Assembly: GCA_943840765.1 (NCBI GenBank)
Contig: CALSVD010000001.1
Span: 13,075-77,074 of the forward strand
Length of the DNA stretch: 64,000 bases
Direction: 5' to 3'
From: an uncultured Flavobacteriaceae bacterium
GTDB lineage: Bacteria; Bacteroidota; Bacteroidia; Flavobacteriales; Flavobacteriaceae
Part shown: positions 1-9,051 of the stretch, one piece after another
Layout: each line of letters starts with the position of its first letter
Numbering within the stretch: the first letter of the stretch is position 1
The notes under the pieces: generated by a model
Databases searched by the model: none
Told to the model about the DNA's origin: nothing
The model's input: only the letters and a program-made list of their open reading frames with translations
Position numbers and translations under genes: made by a program

Positions 1-632
1 GGAGAATGATTTAAGAAAATCCTCAAGCCAAATTATAGACTCTATGTCTAAATGATTTGTTGGCTCATCCAATAATAGTAAGTCGTTATCTTGTAAAAGA
101 AGCTTTAGCTAACTCTATTCTCATTCTCCATCCACCAGAGAAAGGTGTCAGTATTTTTTAAAAAGTCTTGTCGATCAAAACCTAAACCCTGTAATATTTT
201 TTCTGTCTGACCTTGATAATTATATCCACCAATTAGTTCATATCTATCGTTTACATCGCTTATATCATTTATTAGTGATAAGTAAGAGTCACTTTCAAAA
301 TCAGTTCTATCGTTTAGCTGTGCATTAATATGATTCTGTTTTTTTTCTAACTCTTTTATCTCTGTGAATGCTTGATAGGCCTCATCCAGGACAGTCCGTC
401 CTTTATCAAAATCAATATCCTGTTTTAAAAATCCAATTTTTAAATCTTTTTCATAAGCAATTGAACCAGAGTCAAATTCTGATTCTTTGGAAAGTAACTT
501 TAATAAAGTTGACTTTCCAGCACCATTTTTTCCAATTAAACCTACCCTATCACCTGAAATTAATTTGAAAGATATTTCTTTAAATAGATACTCTCCAGAG
601 AAAGAAACAGATAGATTATGAATATTTAACAT
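1..632 (-). pseudogene. ABC-F family ATP-binding cassette protein (N-terminal ABC domain; gene continues past window start), frame broken twice
   Basis: ORF 105..632 carries Walker A GKNGAGKST. The ABC signature [13 protein letters not shown] lies in a second frame (about 104..140). [31 protein letters not shown] (Walker B) lies in a third frame (1..102). Breaks near 103 and 140 are not in homopolymers. Confidence 0.7.
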
Positions 633-665
633 TGATTAATTTTCTGGCAAATGTAAATAATTATG

Positions 666-1355
666 CTAATCAATATTAAGCAGACTCTGAAAACTATTTG
701 AGGATTTTTTCAAGTCACTATAGTATAAAACTTTTAAATTCTTTTTTGAATTAACTAATTGGAAAATCATAGCTTTTGATATATCATTTGCTGAAATGCT
801 TTTGTATTTTTTAAAGGATCCGAAAAGAATTTTATCAATTAGAAAAAAAAATATTTTACCCAAATTCTCACCTACTCTAGTTTCAATCCTTTTCCCAAGA
901 ATAATTCCTGGTTTTACTATATTTAAATGATCCAAGGGAATTTTAATAATGTCTCTTTCAAGCATTCCTTTTGTTCTTGGATATAAAAAATTAGAATTAG
1001 GATCAGAACCAACTGAGGAGATAACCGATATTCTTTTAACACCCATCTTATTTGCAGACCTTGCTAAATTTATACAATAGTGATAATCTACTAATTCAAA
1101 ATTTTTATCACTGCCAGACTTTCTTCTGGTTGTTCCAAGAGCAATATACAAGTGATCGATTTCTTTAAATGAGATTTCATTTTCAAGATTATTAAAATCT
1201 ATGATTATATTCTTTACATTTTTTTTATCAAAATGAATTTTTCTTCTGGAATAAGAAATTACCTTCGGATATAAAACTGAAAGATTATTAATTAAAAATG
1301 AACCAACTAATCCTGAAGATCCAACAACAGCAGGAAGATCTGTCTTAATAACCAT
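666..1355 (-). CDS. NAD(P)-binding Rossmann-fold protein (atypical SDR/HTATIP2-like)
   Basis: 229-aa ORF with a glycine-rich N-terminal motif VVGSSGLVG. 3-nt gap to glpF, same strand. Confidence 0.55.
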   Translation of the reverse strand: MVIKTDLPAVVGSSGLVGSFLINNLSVLYPKVISYSRRKIHFDKKNVKNIIIDFNNLENEISFKEIDHLYIALGTTRRKSGSDKNFELVDYHYCINLARSANKMGVKRISVISSVGSDPNSNFLYPRTKGMLERDIIKIPLDHLNIVKPGIILGKRIETRVGENLGKIFFFLIDKILFGSFKKYKSISANDISKAMIFQLVNSKKNLKVLYYSDLKKSSNSFQSLLNID

Positions 1356-1358
1356 TAA

Positions 1359-2093
1359 TTAAATTAAAAAAGTGTAAAGTAGACCTGCACAAATTGCTCC
1401 AAAAAGAGGTCCAAAAACCGGAACCCAACTGTAAGACCAATCTGCATTTTTATTTTTTCTAGGGAGTAATGAGTAAATTAATCTAGGTCCAAAGTCCCTA
1501 GCTGGATTTATAGCAAAACCAGTGGTTCCTCCTAGAGTCATTCCTATAACCCAAACTAATATACCGACAGGAAGAGCACCCAAAGCTCCTAAACCAAAGT
1601 TTACAATCTCTCCTTCTATCTCTAAATTGGGTTCCACAATGAAAAATATTGCAAAAACTAAAATAAAAGTTGCAATTGATTCACTGAAAAAATTGTTTTT
1701 ATAGTTTTTTATTGCCGGTCCAGTACAAAAAGAGCCTCTAACTTTATCCTCATCCTTAGTCAGTCTATAATGATCTATGTATACAATATAAGCAAGCCAA
1801 CTTCCAAACATAGCACCCAGCAGTTGGCTAAATACATATCCTAAAACTAGGGACCATGAAAATTTTCCGGCAACAGCTAGACCAACAGTAACAGCAGGGT
1901 TTAAATGAGCTCCGCTATACTGACCTGTAATAAATACTGCTACAAAAACTGATAATCCCCAGGCCATACTAGTTAATATCCAATTAGAATTTTCACCTCC
2001 AATTGTATTTTTCAAACTAGTATTGGCATTTACTCCAATTCCTAATAACATTAGTATAGATGTTCCTATAAATTCAGCTAAAATTGAGTCCAT
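1359..2093 (-). CDS. glpF: MIP-family glycerol uptake facilitator (aquaglyceroporin)
   Basis: 244 aa, multi-TM, two NPA boxes (HLNPAVT, INPARD). Sits directly after glpD and glpK. Confidence 0.85.
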   Translation of the reverse strand: MDSILAEFIGTSILMLLGIGVNANTSLKNTIGGENSNWILTSMAWGLSVFVAVFITGQYSGAHLNPAVTVGLAVAGKFSWSLVLGYVFSQLLGAMFGSWLAYIVYIDHYRLTKDEDKVRGSFCTGPAIKNYKNNFFSESIATFILVFAIFFIVEPNLEIEGEIVNFGLGALGALPVGILVWVIGMTLGGTTGFAINPARDFGPRLIYSLLPRKNKNADWSYSWVPVFGPLFGAICAGLLYTFLI

Positions 2094-2095
2094 AA

Positions 2096-3577
2096 TTATA
2101 TTTTATAAAGTTTTGTTAATTCAATAAAAGATTTTAGTTGTTCATTCTGCCATTTATCATCTTTTTGAAGCTCTTTAGCCATGATTTTAACAACTTTTGG
2201 AGCAAGACGTAAGCTTTCATCAACATCTAAAAATAAACATCTAGAACGACGTGACATAATATCATCAAGATTAATTGCCATTTCATTTCTAACAAAATGA
2301 ACTATGGATAATGGAGATAAATCAATTTTTTTACTAATAGATTTATCGTTTTTAATAATACTAAGACCATTAAAAATTTTTATTTTTCTTGTTTTAGATT
2401 TTAAAAATTTTAAGTTACTATTCCTAATACCTTCATCTACAGTTTTTTCTGATATCTTCCTGTAGGTAGTCCATTTGCCTCCAACCACACTGATCAAGCC
2501 TGATTTACTTGTAAAAATTTTATGTTTTCTTGATAAATCTTTTGATTTTGATTTGGAAGAATCTGCAACCAAAGGTCTTAAACCAGTATAGATAGTTTTA
2601 ATGTCTGTTTTATGAGGTTTCTCTCTTAAATATTGTTCAACATTTTTTAAAATATAATTTATCTCACTAAGTTTTGGTTTGGGATTAATCTCAGGTTCAT
2701 TTATTTCATTATCTGTTGTTCCCAAAATAACAGAATTATGCCACGGAATTGCAAATAAAACTCTTCCGTCAGAGGTTTTAGGAATTAAAAATCCGAAATC
2801 ACTTTTTAAAAACCTTCTTTCAACAACCAGATGTGTTCCCTGACTAGGTTTGATAATATTTTTAGGAGTCTCATAATCTAAATTAATAATTGATTGGGAA
2901 AAAACTCCTGTGCAATTTATAACAATCTTTGATTTAACTTCATAAATATTATTACTAACGCTATCACGCACATTAACACCTTTGATAATATCATTATGTT
3001 TAATAAAACTTTCAACTGAAGAATAGTTAAACAGAGTAGCTCCAAATTTTTCAGCAGTTAAACCAATATCTATACCAAGTCTTGAATCATTAAATTGGCC
3101 GTCAAAGAAACAAACTCCACCTAAAAGACCCTTATTATTAATATTGGGTAACAGCTCTTGAACTTTTTTCTTATTAATAATTTTTGATTTTGGAAAAAAA
3201 GAATCTCCTGAAATTAAGTCGTAAAGTTTTAAACCAAACCAATAATAAAACTTTAATAATGGTTTATAAACCGGAATAACAAAGCCTATTTTATTTGTAA
3301 CATGAGATGCATTTTTCATCAAAAAGTCCCTTTCTTTTAAAGCTTCGTAAACGAGCTTAAATTGAAACTTCTCTAAATATCTTACCCCACCATGAATTAA
3401 CTTTGTGCTCCTTGATGATGTTCCCTTGCAAAAGTCATGTTTTTCAAATAAAGCTACAGAATATCCCCTGCTGGAAGCATCTAAAGCACAACCCAAACCA
3501 ATTGCTCCGCCTCCAACAATAATGAAGTCAAATACCTTGTTTTTATTTAAATATTCAAACTTTTGTTTTCTATTCAA
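2096..3577 (-). CDS. glpD: FAD-dependent glycerol-3-phosphate dehydrogenase
   Basis: 493 aa. FAD fold IIVGGGAIGLGCALD, plus GTSSRSTKLIHGGVRYLE typical of GlpD. 3-nt gap to glpK. Confidence 0.85.
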   Translation of the reverse strand: MNRKQKFEYLNKNKVFDFIIVGGGAIGLGCALDASSRGYSVALFEKHDFCKGTSSRSTKLIHGGVRYLEKFQFKLVYEALKERDFLMKNASHVTNKIGFVIPVYKPLLKFYYWFGLKLYDLISGDSFFPKSKIINKKKVQELLPNINNKGLLGGVCFFDGQFNDSRLGIDIGLTAEKFGATLFNYSSVESFIKHNDIIKGVNVRDSVSNNIYEVKSKIVINCTGVFSQSIINLDYETPKNIIKPSQGTHLVVERRFLKSDFGFLIPKTSDGRVLFAIPWHNSVILGTTDNEINEPEINPKPKLSEINYILKNVEQYLREKPHKTDIKTIYTGLRPLVADSSKSKSKDLSRKHKIFTSKSGLISVVGGKWTTYRKISEKTVDEGIRNSNLKFLKSKTRKIKIFNGLSIIKNDKSISKKIDLSPLSIVHFVRNEMAINLDDIMSRRSRCLFLDVDESLRLAPKVVKIMAKELQKDDKWQNEQLKSFIELTKLYKI

Positions 3578-3580
3578 CTT

Positions 3581-5056
3581 TTATTGAACTTTTTTTATTC
3601 TACTCTCCCAATTATTAATGACTGATTCATCATTTTTTGATGGTGCAGCACAAAATTCTCTATCAATTTCCCATATTCCGTTTAACTCATCAATAGAAGA
3701 CCAAAAACCGGAGGCTAGTCCTGAAAAGAAAGCAGCTCCTAATGCAGTAGTTTCGGTAATTTTTGGTCTAATTACATTTGTGTTTAATAAATTAGACTGA
3801 ATTTGCATTAATAGGTTATTGTTACTGGCACCACCATCAACTTTTAAATTATTAAATTTTGTTCCTGAATCCTTCTCCATTTCTATTATTATTTCACGTG
3901 ACCTCAATGCAATGGCTTCCAAAGCAGCTCTCGCTATGTGTGATTTATTAGTTCCTCTTGTAATACCCATTATTGCACCAGTAGCATTTGGATTCCAATA
4001 TGGAGCTCCTAAACCAGAAAGTGCTGAAATAAAAGTTACTCCTCCACTGTTTTCAACCAAACTTGCCAATCCTTCAATCTCAGCAGCATTCTCAATGATG
4101 TTTAACTGATCTCGTAACCATTGAACAACTGCACCTGCAATAAATACACTTCCCTCCAAAGCATATACAGTTTGGCTACCCATTTTCCAAGCAATAGTTG
4201 TTAACATTTTATTATTGGATTTTACAGGTTTATTTCCTGTATTCATCATACAAAAGCAACCTGTACCATAAGTATTTTTAACATCTCCAGGATTTGTACA
4301 CATTTGTCCAAATAATGCTGCTTGTTGATCTCCTGCAATTCCACATATTTGAATTTCAACGCCAAGAATATTTGGATCAATAGTTCCTACTTTTTCTGAA
4401 CTATCAACAAGTTTTGGTAAAATTATTTTGGGTACATTAAGTAAAGCTAAAAGTTCTTCATCCCATTCTAGAGAATGAATATTAAAAAGTAAAGTTCTAC
4501 TTGCATTTGTATAGTCCGTTACATGATATTTTTTGTTAGTTAAATTCCATATCAACCATGTATCTATTGTTCCAAACAATAAATCTCCTTTCATGGCTGA
4601 ATCCTTAATTTCTTTATTGGAATCTAGAATCCATTTAATTTTAGTACCAGAAAAATAAGCATCTAATACTAAACCTGTTTTTTCATAAAATAATTTTTCT
4701 AAACCCTTATTTTCTAACTCTTCACATAAAAAAGCTGTTCGTCTATCTTGCCAAACTATGGCATTATACACTGGCTTTCCTGTATTTTTATTCCAAACTA
4801 CTGTTGTTTCTCTTTGATTTGTGATTCCAATCGAATCTATCTCATTTGGATGAATACCAGATTTTTTGACAACATCTTTTATAGCTTTTAATTGAGTCTC
4901 CCATATTTCAATTGGATCATGTTCAACCCAAGATTCTTTTGGAAAAATTTGGGTGAATTCAAACTGTGAAATTGATATTTGTTTACCATTCTTGTCAAAT
5001 AAAATTGCTCTTGAACTTGTAGTTCCTGCATCAATTGACAGTATATATTTTTTCAT
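3581..5056 (-). CDS. glpK: glycerol kinase
   Basis: 491 aa. FGGY kinase N-terminus LSIDAGTTSSRAILF, NQRETTVVW, GDQQAALFGQ. Confidence 0.95.
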   Translation of the reverse strand: MKKYILSIDAGTTSSRAILFDKNGKQISISQFEFTQIFPKESWVEHDPIEIWETQLKAIKDVVKKSGIHPNEIDSIGITNQRETTVVWNKNTGKPVYNAIVWQDRRTAFLCEELENKGLEKLFYEKTGLVLDAYFSGTKIKWILDSNKEIKDSAMKGDLLFGTIDTWLIWNLTNKKYHVTDYTNASRTLLFNIHSLEWDEELLALLNVPKIILPKLVDSSEKVGTIDPNILGVEIQICGIAGDQQAALFGQMCTNPGDVKNTYGTGCFCMMNTGNKPVKSNNKMLTTIAWKMGSQTVYALEGSVFIAGAVVQWLRDQLNIIENAAEIEGLASLVENSGGVTFISALSGLGAPYWNPNATGAIMGITRGTNKSHIARAALEAIALRSREIIIEMEKDSGTKFNNLKVDGGASNNNLLMQIQSNLLNTNVIRPKITETTALGAAFFSGLASGFWSSIDELNGIWEIDREFCAAPSKNDESVINNWESRIKKVQ

Positions 5057-5066
5057 AATATTTAGT

Positions 5067-7250
5067 TTATTCGATTATTAATTCATCTGCAAAAATCCAT
5101 GATGGTAAATCTGCGCCGTGATGCCAAATTGGTGCTTTACTTAAATTTTTAGCAACAACTTTAACATACCTTGTTTTAATGTTTTCAACATCAATTGAAA
5201 AAGTTTGGATATCGTTGACTTTTGAGCGTGGATTTAATTTTAAATTGTTTTCAACTCTGCCTAAACTAGTCCAGTTAGATTTATCATCAGATTGTAAAAA
5301 TTCAACATTTTTAGGAAAAAAAACAATGTGATTTGTTACCTGTAAAAAATTAATACTTAAAGAATTAATTTCAGTAATCTCATTTAAATCTACATAAGCT
5401 TCCATGTTATTTCCTTCAAAACCCAACCAGTTAGAATAAAAACTATTTCCACCCAAAGCACCATCTGTTAAGACTTGAGGATCCTCATTAGCATATTTTT
5501 TTGGAATTGTTTCTAAAGTGACCTTTTTTCCACTAGCTATATTATTTTTTATTGCAATTGTTAAAGCATTTTGATAATTTGAAACGTAATCTGTGACAGT
5601 GAAACCCATTTCATTCATGTAAGTTATATTGTTTTCTGAGCATACATCACTAAAATTATTAAGTCTTTCAATTAGTTCAGGGTTGATTATTTTTAAGCTA
5701 TTTTCATTAAAAGTCAGTTTATATAAATCTGAAAAATTTTTTCTGTATAATTCTAATATCGCATAATCAATCGAAATTTTTGATCTTAAAATTCTCTTGT
5801 AATAATTCGAATTATAATCAACTTTGCTTAGAGCTTTATTAAATAGCTTATCGTAATTAGAAAGATTTTGTGGACTTAAAAAAGAGTCAAAACCTTGAGA
5901 AGGATCTCCATATAAAAAAAGAAAAAATGAAGTATTATCAATTTGACTTTGAATTTTACTAATATATTCAGTTATGTATTTTCCACCATCACCATAATAC
6001 TTGTCATTAAAATCTTTAATCAATGTATTGAAATTCAAAGAGGGATCCCACAAAAGCTTAGCCATAACGTAACTTCTTAGTTCAAATAATTCACTATCAT
6101 TTCTGGAGTGCTGTTCAAATATCCACTTTGCATTATTATCTACAAATAAATTTATGTTAGGTTTTATAGTTCCCCAGTTTGGAAAAGGAGCCAAAAAATT
6201 AGTAAACTGAGTTGTATAGTCCCATATTCTTATATTATCAGTCAAACTAGACCATCCTTTCAAATCAGAACTAAAATCTTTACAACCCTCATCAATTGGA
6301 ATACTTCTGTCACATTCGATAGAACATAGTGTAATAAGAACATTTTTAAGAGGCTTTATTTTTGGAGGTTTTCTTGTGTATTGGTAAGCTAAGGTTGAAA
6401 TAGTTTTTTCTGGAAAATCCTTAGCAATATCATTTACAAAATGAATTAAAGATCCTGCTGGGCTACCTTCTTTATTATCAATTTTTGAACAATTTTCACA
6501 TTGACAATACTGTGTATTATCATCTTGACTCACGGAAATTACATCAGAGATTGGAGAGTTTTTGAAAAAAGATCTAACACTATCTTTGACAATTTCCAAA
6601 ACAGCATTGTTTGTTAAGCACAACTGAGTTGGGAGTCGTTTTCCATTTCTTAAGGCATAATATTCTGGGTTTTTTTCATAAAAAACATCATATGGCATAA
6701 ATCTATGAAAAGTATGAACTCTTGCATTAGGAACATACCTGGGAAATGCTTCATTTGTTACCTTGAGTTTGTCAGCAAAAATAGAATCATCATAAAATAA
6801 TTTAGAATGAACTGTTCTAGTTAAAACAGGAGGTTCATAATAGTAATTATAATTATATGGTATGTTTAATGAACTTAGCTTTTCATAATGGGTATAATCA
6901 GTAGAAAGCCATTTTACATTTAAAAACTTTTCGATAAATTCATATGTGGCATAAAATAAATTTTTCTTATTGTTGGAAGATATAGTGATTAAAGAATCCT
7001 TTAATTGGATTGAAATAAAATCATTTTCTATGTTTGGTTTGGTTAATAAAACTATAGATTTATTTTTTTTAATATTGGAGACATTAAGTTTAGTTTTAAA
7101 AGATTTTTCAAAATAAATATTTAAAGTATCTGCAATATCATCATACTCTGATACTATATTGTATTTTAAAATTGTTTCTTTATTAATGGAAAGTTTATTT
7201 TCAGTACAAGAAAAGAAGGTTATAAATATTAATAAAAAAAGTTTTCTCAT
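5067..7250 (-). CDS. lipoprotein, DUF4838-like glycan-associated protein with C-terminal discoidin (F5/8 type C)-like domain
   Basis: 727 aa with lipoprotein-type signal (ITFFSC). Family assignment is from memory of DUF4838-type sequences and is weak. The C-terminal ~150 aa resemble a carbohydrate-binding discoidin domain. Confidence 0.45.
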   Translation of the reverse strand: MRKLFLLIFITFFSCTENKLSINKETILKYNIVSEYDDIADTLNIYFEKSFKTKLNVSNIKKNKSIVLLTKPNIENDFISIQLKDSLITISSNNKKNLFYATYEFIEKFLNVKWLSTDYTHYEKLSSLNIPYNYNYYYEPPVLTRTVHSKLFYDDSIFADKLKVTNEAFPRYVPNARVHTFHRFMPYDVFYEKNPEYYALRNGKRLPTQLCLTNNAVLEIVKDSVRSFFKNSPISDVISVSQDDNTQYCQCENCSKIDNKEGSPAGSLIHFVNDIAKDFPEKTISTLAYQYTRKPPKIKPLKNVLITLCSIECDRSIPIDEGCKDFSSDLKGWSSLTDNIRIWDYTTQFTNFLAPFPNWGTIKPNINLFVDNNAKWIFEQHSRNDSELFELRSYVMAKLLWDPSLNFNTLIKDFNDKYYGDGGKYITEYISKIQSQIDNTSFFLFLYGDPSQGFDSFLSPQNLSNYDKLFNKALSKVDYNSNYYKRILRSKISIDYAILELYRKNFSDLYKLTFNENSLKIINPELIERLNNFSDVCSENNITYMNEMGFTVTDYVSNYQNALTIAIKNNIASGKKVTLETIPKKYANEDPQVLTDGALGGNSFYSNWLGFEGNNMEAYVDLNEITEINSLSINFLQVTNHIVFFPKNVEFLQSDDKSNWTSLGRVENNLKLNPRSKVNDIQTFSIDVENIKTRYVKVVAKNLSKAPIWHHGADLPSWIFADELIIE

Positions 7251-7305
7251 AATAGAATTATAAGTTAAGAAAACTATTTAAATATCAAATCTATAAAAGC
7301 GAAGA

Positions 7306-7845
7306 TTAATTGGTTTTTTGAAAAATTAATTTGAATTCAATATCTGCAAAATCATCCATTTTTACCAACATTAGAGAGGGTAATTTAATGTCAAAATCTG
7401 TTAAAACAACTGAGAATTCTCCTTCAATAATAAGCTTATCATTTGTATTTACATAAGTTCCCTCAAAAGATTTTTGAATTTTTTTTCCATGAAAATCTAA
7501 TTCACCATTAAAAGTTATTTTATCAGAATTTATACTAATATCAGCAGAATAAAATTTTACTTGTGGATAATTAAAAGCATTTAAGACTCTTAGCGCATTA
7601 GAATCTCTATTACTAATTCCACTATCAAAATCAGCAATATTTGCAGAAACGGCTATTTTACTATCATTTTGTTGTAAAAAGATTCCTTTAATATTTTTAT
7701 TTGTACCACTCCACTTGTGAAGTAGGTGCTTAGCAGAGTATTGTATAAAAGATTCATCTTCGATTAACATCCACTTATTTTCCTGAGCTGATAAATTAAT
7801 TGTGGTTACAATAAATAGAAAAAATATAATCTTATGCATGATCAA
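7306..7845 (-). CDS. YceI-like periplasmic (polyisoprenoid-binding family) protein
   Basis: 179 aa with a signal peptide and a beta-rich YceI-like sequence. 4-nt overlap with the upstream membrane-protein gene. Confidence 0.55.
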   Translation of the reverse strand: MIMHKIIFFLFIVTTINLSAQENKWMLIEDESFIQYSAKHLLHKWSGTNKNIKGIFLQQNDSKIAVSANIADFDSGISNRDSNALRVLNAFNYPQVKFYSADISINSDKITFNGELDFHGKKIQKSFEGTYVNTNDKLIIEGEFSVVLTDFDIKLPSLMLVKMDDFADIEFKLIFQKTN

Positions 7846-8444
7846 AATTTTATTACTAGTACTGCAGTTGCATAACTGGCAAATGCTGTGTATGCTGCAG
7901 CTTTATGATTACTTTTATTTTTGTCTTTATAATAATTTGTTGCTACCATTGCAGAAAAATGAAGAGTTGCTAACATTTTATGAGCTTTGATTGAATTAAA
8001 TCCTTTAACTTTTTTATTAATTAAAGGAGGTGGTGAAAACAATGATAAACCAGCTCCAGTAAAATATCCAATATTTACAATTTTGCCCATTGTTTTGTGA
8101 GTTTCATATAAATCATCTTGTCCATTGTAAAGTTTACCTCCTATAATTCCTTGTGCAATCATAGAAGCTAATGTTAAATAACCAATAGCTTGGTGAGTTG
8201 TTAACATTGTCTTTCTTATTTTAAGTTCCTTTTCTCTATTTTCTAAGTTGAGTGGGGAAATCCCTGTTTTTCTTAATAAACCATTTTTACCCCACAATAA
8301 GCTTTGAGTAAAAATCATTTTTTCAGGAAGTAACTCAATTTGTTTTTGATCTTGCTCAATCATGCTGAAAAGATCCTCTTTTTCTTGAGAAAAAGAATAT
8401 GATAAACTCAAAATAAATGCAACAAGTAAAAATTTAAGTTTCAT
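7842..8444 (-). CDS. membrane protein with four His-flanked helices (possible b-type haem or quinone-site protein)
   Basis: 200 aa. Signal peptide followed by 4 hydrophobic helices, each entered by His (THQAIGY, THKTMGK, AHKMLATLHF, NHKAAAY). Function is inferred only. Confidence 0.4.
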   Translation of the reverse strand: MKLKFLLVAFILSLSYSFSQEKEDLFSMIEQDQKQIELLPEKMIFTQSLLWGKNGLLRKTGISPLNLENREKELKIRKTMLTTHQAIGYLTLASMIAQGIIGGKLYNGQDDLYETHKTMGKIVNIGYFTGAGLSLFSPPPLINKKVKGFNSIKAHKMLATLHFSAMVATNYYKDKNKSNHKAAAYTAFASYATAVLVIKF

Positions 8445-8453
8445 AATAAAAAA

Positions 8454-9050
8454 TTAAATGGTCCAAGCTCTTCCGTTAGTGGCTTCTATTAAATCAACAC
8501 ATCCTCTTTGTTCACCAGGTATTGGCCTATAAACTAATATGTTTTTACCAATATATTCATTTGTCTTAAATGCACTTATCAATAATTCTCTCAATGAATA
8601 TAAGAAGATATATGATTGTGATTCTTCAGTGCTCATAAAATCATTCATCCAAATATCGTGCTTGGGTTTATTTTTAACAAAAAAATAATCTAACAATGAG
8701 TTTAAAGTTTTAGAATCAATATTACTTAAAGATGATGATTTCAAATATTCTAATTTAAATTTATCTAAAGCATTATAAATTGTTTTTTGTTCACCTTTGG
8801 ATAAAACCTTTGAGATATAAATATCCACAAATCTTAATAAATTTAATTCTTTAGATCCTGGAATCTTAGCTGAGCTTGGAATTATCAAATCCGATAGTTC
8901 ATTTAAAAATTCAATATCACCCTTTTTAAAAAAAATTGGATTCCAACTAAAATCCTTATTGCAGGATTGTAATAAACTAATTGTAAAGGGAGAAACAGCC
9001 AACGCACCTACTCCAAAACCAACTTTTTTTAATAAATCTCTTCTTTTCAT
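8454..9050 (-). CDS. Tat-signal small subunit of a flavoprotein dehydrogenase (gluconate 2-dehydrogenase subunit 3 family)
   Basis: Twin-arginine signal MKRRDLLKKVGFGVGALAV. I start it at the MKRR Met (9050), 1 nt after the GMC stop, rather than at the longer track ORF (9092). Confidence 0.7.
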   Translation of the reverse strand: MKRRDLLKKVGFGVGALAVSPFTISLLQSCNKDFSWNPIFFKKGDIEFLNELSDLIIPSSAKIPGSKELNLLRFVDIYISKVLSKGEQKTIYNALDKFKLEYLKSSSLSNIDSKTLNSLLDYFFVKNKPKHDIWMNDFMSTEESQSYIFLYSLRELLISAFKTNEYIGKNILVYRPIPGEQRGCVDLIEATNGRAWTI

Positions 9051-9051
9051 T

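Noticed and set aside
3618-4109. Plus-strand ORFs antisense to glpK (3618..3800, 3819..4109), plus similar antisense or off-frame ORFs (368..568, 1522..1704, 3405..3587, 12038..12313, 14978..15181, 17853..18071, 28787..29059, 36376..36615, 44713..44910, 51722..52012, 58024..58254)
   Set aside because: All lie inside well-supported genes on the other strand or in another frame. They have biased, low-complexity composition and are typical shadow ORFs.
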